NCBI GenBank assembly: GCA_965277685.1
Contig: OZ255830.1
Span: forward strand, 14,829-78,828
From: Alphaproteobacteria bacterium
GTDB taxonomy: Bacteria > Pseudomonadota > Alphaproteobacteria > GM7ARS4 > CBDIDI01
Reading direction: 5' to 3'
DNA length: 64,000 nucleotides
The number at the start of each line of letters is the position of its first letter. Within the stretch, counting starts at the first letter, position 1. The notes beneath the pieces were generated by a model that worked only from the letters and a program-made list of their open reading frames with translations, was not told the DNA's origin and did not search any database. The translations under genes were made by a program, and so were the position numbers. Below, piece after piece: positions 58,176 through 64,000 of this stretch.

Positions 58176-58937
58176 TTAGATCTTTTGGTTGCGGATAACA
58201 CAATCGCGGATCGATGCGTGGCCGGCGGCAACGAAATGCGGGTTTTGGAATGTCGTCTTTCCATAAAGAAATTCTTTTCCGTCCAGACCGGACATGACTC
58301 CGCCGGCAATTTCCAAAACCGCTTGCCCGGCCGCCGTATCCCATTCGTTGGTTGTCCCTATTCGAATATATACATCCTCTTTTCCTTCGGCAATGTGACA
58401 AAATTTAATCGAGCTGCTGCGCGCTTCAATCGACCGCACCGGCGTGGGCTGCAAAAGCGCGCGCACCTGATCCTTGTGTCCGGTCGTACTGATCAACGCG
58501 CGCACCGATCGGGGCGGCAAGGATGGAACCGCAATCGGGTGAAAGTCCTTATCCTGCCGTGAACACAAGGCCCCGACCGGTTGACTTGCGGCATAGCAAT
58601 CGCGATAAGCCGGGGCATAAACGACGCCAAGAATCGGTTTGCGCCCATGGATAAGGGCAATATTCACGGTGAAATTATCACTGCCGCGGATGAATCCGTT
58701 GGTTCCGTCAAGGGGATCGAGAAGCCAAAACGGCATCGATGCCAGGGGGGCATCCGGATCGGCCTTGGGCCCGCCTTCTTCCTCGCCAACAATGGGAAAG
58801 CGATTGCCGAGCGCGGCCAATCGTTCCCGGATGGCGCGCTCGGCCGCTTTATCCGCTTTTGTCACGGGGGTTCCGTCGGATTTATCCCGAACGTCCAAAT
58901 TTCCGGCCTTCCTGGTGGCAAGAATATCCCGCCCCAC
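58176..58937 (-). CDS. cysQ: Inositol monophosphatase family enzyme, probably 3'(2'),5'-bisphosphate nucleotidase CysQ.
   Basis: VTKADKAAE...IVGEEEG...WLLDPLDGTNGFI...GG are IMPase/CysQ motifs. Confidence 0.75.
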   Translation of the reverse strand: MGRDILATRKAGNLDVRDKSDGTPVTKADKAAERAIRERLAALGNRFPIVGEEEGGPKADPDAPLASMPFWLLDPLDGTNGFIRGSDNFTVNIALIHGRKPILGVVYAPAYRDCYAASQPVGALCSRQDKDFHPIAVPSLPPRSVRALISTTGHKDQVRALLQPTPVRSIEARSSSIKFCHIAEGKEDVYIRIGTTNEWDTAAGQAVLEIAGGVMSGLDGKEFLYGKTTFQNPHFVAAGHASIRDCVIRNQKI

Positions 58938-59026
58938 ATCAACGGCAATGGCCGCAATCGACTCTAAAGAAGCCCTATCGTCGGGAAAGAGAGACAGAAC
59001 GCCTTCCTCCTTTTGCTTGCCGGGGA

Positions 59027-60421
59027 TCAGAGCTCATAGCCCTTTTCGCCATGATGGCTGATATCAAGGCCTTCGATTTCCTGATAGCGGGTAACGCCGA
59101 GAGGCCCGAAAAAGCGGATAAAGGCGACGATAAGAAGGGTTGCAACGACACTCCATGCAATCACGGCAAGGGTGCCGATGATCTGGGTCTGCAGTTGATC
59201 CGATATCGAAATATCGACTCCAATTCCGCCAAAAGCGGCACTGGCGAGCGGGGCGATCAAAATCGTTCCGGTGATGCCGCCGACGCCATGGACGGCGAAA
59301 ACGTCCAAAGAATCGTCAATCCGCAATTTTTGTTTAAAAAGAATAACCGCGCCATAGCAGAAAAGCCCACCGATGGTACCAATCGCCATCGCGCCGATCG
59401 GCGATACAAAACCGGACGCCGGGGTGATCGATGCCAGTCCGGCAATGGTGCCCGTGACAAGTCCTATCAAGGTTGATTTGCCAAGAATAATCCGGTCGCA
59501 AATAACCCAGACGAGGGATGCCGCCGCCGCCGATATATGGGTTGCGACAAGCGCCGATCCGGCAAGTCCGTCCGCGGCCAAGGCACTGCCGCCGTTAAAA
59601 CCGTACCACCCGACCCAAAGCATGGACGCCCCGGCCATGGTCATTCCCGGCGAATGGGGCAAGGAAAGGCGGGTTGGAAAGCCCTCGCGGCGGCGCAGGG
59701 TCAAAGCCAGAATCAATGCGGATGATCCGGCCGTTGCATGAACCACAAGACCACCGGCAAAGTCGAGCACCCCCATTTCGGCAAGCCAGCCACCGCCCCA
59801 TATCCAATGGGCGACGGGAAAGTAAATCAGAGTCAAAAATCCAATCGTGAAAAGAACGACGGCAAAAAGGGATATTCTTTCCACCCAAGCGCCAATGACA
59901 AGAGCCGGCGTGATGATGGCAAAGGTCATCTGGAAAAGAAAGAAGACGTATTCGGGAATGCCCGAAGGCATAAGGGTGTTGTGGTCTATTCCGGAAAGAA
60001 AGAGATTGTCCAAAGATCCGATCCAATGTTGATATTCGCCCCCATCCGAGAATGATAAGGAATAGCCGAAAGCGAGCCATAAAATCGAGGCAATGCAGGC
60101 AATCACGGCACCATGAAACATAACGGAGAGGACATTGCGCGATCGCACCAGACCGGCATAGAAAAAAACCAATCCGGGCAGGGTCATAAAAAGGACAAGG
60201 GCGCTGGCCGTGATCATCCAAGCGGTGTTCCCGCTATCGAGGAGGAATTCTTCCGATCCCGCACCGGCATCGGTGCCGAGCAATGCAAAAAATCCGGCGA
60301 TAAAAGCAAAAAGAAATGATTTGACCATGACCGTGGACCCCATGCCGACAAGAGGAACCACGTCGAGAGCGTGACCCCGAATTATTGCAACGCAACACTC
60401 ATAACGGAAAGCACCCGCCAA
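59027..60421 (-). CDS. amtB: Ammonium transporter.
   Basis: DSGNTAWMITASALVLFMTLPGLVFFYAGLVRSRN and 11 predicted transmembrane segments are Amt family signatures. Confidence 0.9.
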   Translation of the reverse strand: MAGAFRYECCVAIIRGHALDVVPLVGMGSTVMVKSFLFAFIAGFFALLGTDAGAGSEEFLLDSGNTAWMITASALVLFMTLPGLVFFYAGLVRSRNVLSVMFHGAVIACIASILWLAFGYSLSFSDGGEYQHWIGSLDNLFLSGIDHNTLMPSGIPEYVFFLFQMTFAIITPALVIGAWVERISLFAVVLFTIGFLTLIYFPVAHWIWGGGWLAEMGVLDFAGGLVVHATAGSSALILALTLRRREGFPTRLSLPHSPGMTMAGASMLWVGWYGFNGGSALAADGLAGSALVATHISAAAASLVWVICDRIILGKSTLIGLVTGTIAGLASITPASGFVSPIGAMAIGTIGGLFCYGAVILFKQKLRIDDSLDVFAVHGVGGITGTILIAPLASAAFGGIGVDISISDQLQTQIIGTLAVIAWSVVATLLIVAFIRFFGPLGVTRYQEIEGLDISHHGEKGYEL

Positions 60422-60424
60422 TGC

Positions 60425-60512
60425 AATCCATCAAAGCGGGATATTAAAGTTATCCATCAAGCAAAGCGGGCTATCAAAGTGATCCATCAAGCAAAGCGGG
60501 ATATTAAAGAGG
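60425..60512. repeat. Triple tandem repeat of about 30 bp immediately upstream of the amtB start; candidate regulator binding sites.
   Basis: catcaaagcgggatattaaag / ccatcaagcaaagcgggctatcaaagtgat / ccatcaagcaaagcgggatattaaag. Confidence 0.7.
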
Positions 60513-60762
60513 GCCATTCACACGCGCATGGTCATGGGGAGGGAAATGGGGCGGAAAATAACGACCGTATATCGGTGAAGATGAACCTGCCGGCCATCCA
60601 TCCGGTCGATATGAACGATCCGCCGGAAACCCAATAGGGAAAATCAACAGGATAAAGCCATATCGAGCGCGCGGGCCGCATCGATACTATTTGGATAAAA
60701 CCCCGTAGTATTTGAACAAAACCCCATACTATTCGGATAAAACCACGATCGGCGCGTAACGA

Positions 60763-61767
60763 TCATCGGATTTCATTGATAAAGGCGAGGTATTTGCACA
60801 ATTCCTTTTCGCCGCTGGCCGTCAGACGCACCAATATGCGCCGCTTATCGGCCGGGTCATGATGCCGCTTTAGAAAACCGTCTTGTTCCAGTGATTCAAG
60901 CCGCCGCAATGCCGTCGTTTGTGCCGTTCCCGAAGAATAACACAAAGCGGTCACGGGCATTTCGTGTTCTTTTTCCTGCACTTTGTATAACTCCAAAAGC
61001 ATGATCAAGGACGCGTCGGAATCGATCTTTTTGAAGAAAAATTGTTTTTTGGCATTGATGATGCGATAGGCCTTGGTGATATAGTTATTGTCGATATGGG
61101 TATTCGAATTCCCTTTTTGATCATTGTCGGCACGTTCTTGGGCGATACGATGGAGGGAATGATCTTTGTCCGTCGGCGCCGTCCGGATATTAGAATTGCG
61201 GATGTAATCCATCCCATTGACCGACCCGCCTGCGGCCACATCCGCTAGCTGCTCGGCCATCGAACGAAGCATCGATTGTATATGAAGGACAAGATTGGCA
61301 TTCGGATCGACGCCTTGATCGCCCCCGCGCGCGCCATTGACCGGCGTATGCCGTCCGGCCAGACGCCTTGCGGCAAGATCGATGCTTCCGACCAGAAGCT
61401 TTGAATCAAAGGGTAAATGAATAAAATCGCAAGCCTGCATACGCAATGCCCGTAACAGCTGCTTTTGATTGGCTTTTTGCGAAAAAAAGATAACCTCAAA
61501 ATCCCGTTCACGATTTCTGCGGTCGAGAATATCATCGGCAAAATGAAAATAATCCCGTTGCTCCGAGGCCGAGGCCAGCAGAATGGCAATATTTGCGTGT
61601 CGGGAAATCAGACCGGAGGCGGAACGCGCGTCAAAGGACGCATAGCAAGGGTATCCCGATTGACGAAGGCACGCGTTTGCCTTTTCAACGCTTTGGCGAT
61701 CATGATCAAGGATAAGAACGGCAGGCTTGGTGTCTTCGCGGACAAGATCATTAGGCGCGGGTATCAA
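60763..61767 (-). CDS. Transcriptional regulator with an N-terminal receiver-like (apparently pseudo-receiver) domain and a C-terminal MarR-type winged helix.
   Basis: N-terminal alpha/beta segment AVLILDHD...EVIFFSQKANQKQLLRALRMQACDFIHLPFDSKLL resembles a REC domain without an obvious phospho-acceptor Asp. C-terminal MLLELYKVQ...MPVTALCYSSGTAQTTALRRLESLEQDGFLKRHHDPADKRRILVRLTASGEKE is a MarR HTH. Confidence 0.6.
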   Translation of the reverse strand: MIPAPNDLVREDTKPAVLILDHDRQSVEKANACLRQSGYPCYASFDARSASGLISRHANIAILLASASEQRDYFHFADDILDRRNRERDFEVIFFSQKANQKQLLRALRMQACDFIHLPFDSKLLVGSIDLAARRLAGRHTPVNGARGGDQGVDPNANLVLHIQSMLRSMAEQLADVAAGGSVNGMDYIRNSNIRTAPTDKDHSLHRIAQERADNDQKGNSNTHIDNNYITKAYRIINAKKQFFFKKIDSDASLIMLLELYKVQEKEHEMPVTALCYSSGTAQTTALRRLESLEQDGFLKRHHDPADKRRILVRLTASGEKELCKYLAFINEIR

Positions 61768-62256
61768 TGGACTCTCTCACTTGAATGAGTGGATATTCGC
61801 CATCAAAGTGCGCAATTTTGTGACCAATCCCTTTAGGCCGCCCTTTATGCCACCTGTCGGCGGTGTCATTGCGGGTGTCGGGTGATGGTCCATAATGGAG
61901 TAAAATTCGGAAAAACAGGCTAGTGCGGCCGGTCAATACGACGGAGGAAAAAGATGCATTCGGGATACATCGGCAAGAATGCCTCTTGCATGATGCGACG
62001 AATTTTGCACAATATCCTGCTATATTGCGGAACACATAAGTGGTGGCCGATGCCTTTGCCGATGATCATAGAGAGCGCTAAGATTCCAACTTCACCTAAG
62101 CACAAGATCGCTCCGATGGGGGGGGACCGTATAGGAGCGATCCTGTGGCTGTGGTTCTCTTCAAAGGATGAAGTATTGCCACGTGGCTAAGTATATTCAC
62201 CCTTATGGGGGTATCCAATTAGGATTCGTTCTATTTTGGAGTGATTTTATCCATCT

Positions 62257-63213
62257 TTGCCGTATCCCTCGCTTATGCTTGACCCGCGCGCGGGTGAAGG
62301 AAGGGCCATTGTGGAAATAAAAAATCAAAAGAAAAACCACCCATACCACGCGGGTGTATCGCCGTCCGGGGATCGGGCATCGACCGTCGATCGATCCTTA
62401 CAATCATCCACCTTGGCATCCACCTTGGCATCCACCTTGGCATCCGCCTTACCATCCGACTTATCATCCGCCTTATTATCTCCCGGGCACCGGATTTTTT
62501 GCGCCATTGACCACGATGATATCGTGAAGGCGGAAAAGTTGGCGTCGCTCGTGGGAAAGGATATTGCCGGGCTAAAGTTAGGAAGCGCGTTCTTTGCCGC
62601 CCATGGGCCGGATGGGGTGCGTCGTCTCGCCGATAGCGGCGTGGCGATATTTCTTGATTTAAAATTCCACGATATCCCGAATACGGTGGCCCATTCGATT
62701 GACAAAATCGCGCGTCTTCCGGTCACCATGTTGACGATTCACGCATCCGGCGGCGCGCTTATGATATCGCGGGCAATGGACGCTATTGAAAACGCGTCCG
62801 ACCGATCGACCCGACCGAAAATATTGGCCGTTAGCGTCCTGACCAGTTTTAATGACGATGATCTGTCCGGCATTGGCGTGGATAAAAGTTGTCGCGACCA
62901 AGTATTGAACCTTAGTTCATTGGCCCTAGCGCAGGGGGTCGATGGTATCGTTTGCTCTCCATTTGAGATTTCTTTGTTACGGCAAGAACTGGGCAAGGAT
63001 TTTTTAATCGTCACACCGGGAATCCGACCGGCAGGGTTTCACGACACGGATCAAAAGCGTTTCACGAATTTAGCCCAAGCCCTGGATTGGGGGGCCGATT
63101 ATGTCGTGATCGGACGCCCGATCGTTGCCGCGTTAGATCCGGTTGCGGCATTGGCCCGCATTGTGCGTGAGAAGCCGGATAACAAGGAAACGGCGCAAGG
63201 GGTGAATCCGTAA
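62257..63213 (+). CDS. pyrF: Orotidine 5'-phosphate decarboxylase with a repeat-containing N-terminal extension.
   Basis: FCAIDHDD...GLKLG...LDLKFHDIPNTV...VSVLTSF...TPGIRP are OMP decarboxylase motifs. The N-terminal STLASTLASTLAS tract is encoded by a DNA repeat at 62405-62450. Confidence 0.85.
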   Translation: MPYPSLMLDPRAGEGRAIVEIKNQKKNHPYHAGVSPSGDRASTVDRSLQSSTLASTLASTLASALPSDLSSALLSPGHRIFCAIDHDDIVKAEKLASLVGKDIAGLKLGSAFFAAHGPDGVRRLADSGVAIFLDLKFHDIPNTVAHSIDKIARLPVTMLTIHASGGALMISRAMDAIENASDRSTRPKILAVSVLTSFNDDDLSGIGVDKSCRDQVLNLSSLALAQGVDGIVCSPFEISLLRQELGKDFLIVTPGIRPAGFHDTDQKRFTNLAQALDWGADYVVIGRPIVAALDPVAALARIVREKPDNKETAQGVNP

Positions 63214-63232
63214 CAAAAGGAGCTTATTAGCC

Positions 63233-63382
63233 ATGTCAAACGGGGGAAATATATTAAAAAAAATGATGCACGGCATCTGGCGATGGGCAAAGCCTTATAT
63301 GGAGTCCTTGATCATTACTTGCATTAGTATTGCTATAATGGCGTTTTTCTATGCGCTGATTATCGGGCATTTCTGGAAATAG
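63233..63382 (+). CDS. Small hydrophobic protein of 49 aa (missing from the ORF track).
   Basis: AAAGGAG ribosome-binding site 10 nt upstream of the ATG; MSNGGNILKKMMHGIWRWAKPYMESLIITCISIAIMAFFYALIIGHFWK has one transmembrane helix. Confidence 0.4.
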   Translation: MSNGGNILKKMMHGIWRWAKPYMESLIITCISIAIMAFFYALIIGHFWK

Positions 63383-63635
63383 TCTTTAGTGGGTCTGATC
63401 CTTCAATTGGAAAAGGCCGCATGGGGCGGGAATCGGCAAGGCTTCCCTTGCCGCCGGAACCCCCACTATAATATGCACCCACGTCACACAATGGCATTAA
63501 TGGCACCATATCTTTGGGCAGGCCCGGGGCTTTGGACAGGATTGGGGCTTTGGATGGGCCGGGGGCCGGATTGTATCAAAAATCGGGTCATTAACGGCCA
63601 ACGCATTAAAGATCGGGTCATTAAAGATCGGGGGA

Positions 63636-64000
63636 ATCATCGCGCCGAAAGTTAAAATTTGCGGTATCAACGAGCGATCGGTAGCCCAAGAATTGACCGG
63701 TGTCGATTATGCCGGATTGGTCTTTTATCCACGCTCGCCACGCTTCGTCAAAGCCGATCGCGCGCGCGCGGTTGCCGATGCCCTGCCGCCCACGGTGGCA
63801 AAGGTCGGCTTGTTTGTCGATTCGGGAAATGACGTGATCTCCCATATCCTTGAGCATGTGCGCCTCGATTGGTTGCAATTGCACGGGGAGGAGAGCGTCG
63901 ATCGGGTGCAATCCATTCGGCGGCAATTCGGCATAAAGATCATCAAGGCCATTCGCGTGGCCGACGCTTTGGATCTGGCCGTGGCCCGGGACTATGCCGA
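63636..64000 (+). CDS. trpF: N-(5'-phosphoribosyl)anthranilate isomerase; 3' end truncated by the window and start codon uncertain (no ATG; frame open from 63501).
   Basis: KVKICGINERSVAQELTGVDYAGLVFYPRSPRFV...VGLFVD is the TrpF N-terminal pattern. Confidence 0.7.
   Translation, partial: MIAPKVKICGINERSVAQELTGVDYAGLVFYPRSPRFVKADRARAVADALPPTVAKVGLFVDSGNDVISHILEHVRLDWLQLHGEESVDRVQSIRRQFGIKIIKAIRVADALDLAVARDYA

Overview
This 64-kb window looks like a high-GC alphaproteobacterial chromosome. It consists of two stretches of ordinary housekeeping genes separated by a roughly 24-kb mobile element at about 29.16 to 53.45 kb.

The housekeeping genes are supported by recognisable conserved motifs in the ORF translations. 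They include a Trm112-like protein, an alpha/beta hydrolase, a GT4-GT9 glycosyltransferase fusion, dksA, mutM, rpsT, a class-III aminotransferase, the rpmH-rnpA-yidD-yidC operon, argB, dapD, a CaiB-type CoA transferase, argG, an IalB-family protein, a DMT transporter, a low-molecular-weight protein tyrosine phosphatase, an MFS transporter, a RatA/Coq10-like protein, pncC, pgpA, ispDF, gpsA, YciI-like and EVE-domain proteins, and acs. Downstream of the element are tRNA-Met, mnmA, a GlcD-like FAD oxidase, tsaC/sua5, cysQ-like, amtB, a pseudo-receiver/MarR regulator, pyrF and a partial trpF.

The element is bounded by inverted 22 to 24-bp repeats present in two copies at each end. Reading inward from the left end it carries:
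- a Mu-like early module: leftward XRE-type repressor, Ner-like regulator, ParB-like protein, DDE transposase A, AAA+ B protein, GemA-like protein and Mor-like activator;
- a lysis cassette: a candidate endolysin, a 3-TM holin and a spanin-like protein;
- a complete P2/R-type-pyocin-like contractile-tail module in pyocin gene order: S-like tail completion, V, W, J, I, H tail fiber, two unknown genes, FI sheath, FII tube, E and E' chaperone pair, tape measure, U, X and D.

No terminase, portal, protease/scaffold or capsid genes are present anywhere in the element. It therefore reads as a headless Mu-like element carrying a tailocin-type particle module. I treat this as the most interesting system in the window. 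No homology search was run on the element and the transposase has not been shown to be active.

Other notable features are a central-fragment pckA pseudogene abutting dapD, and many tandem minisatellites. Some of these are intergenic and others are inserted in frame into genes (hydrolase, ispDF, MuA, tape measure, mnmA, pyrF, CoA transferase). A poly-G tract lies in dapD, and there is a classic -1 frameshift E/E' arrangement before the tape-measure gene. No rRNA genes or CRISPR arrays were seen.
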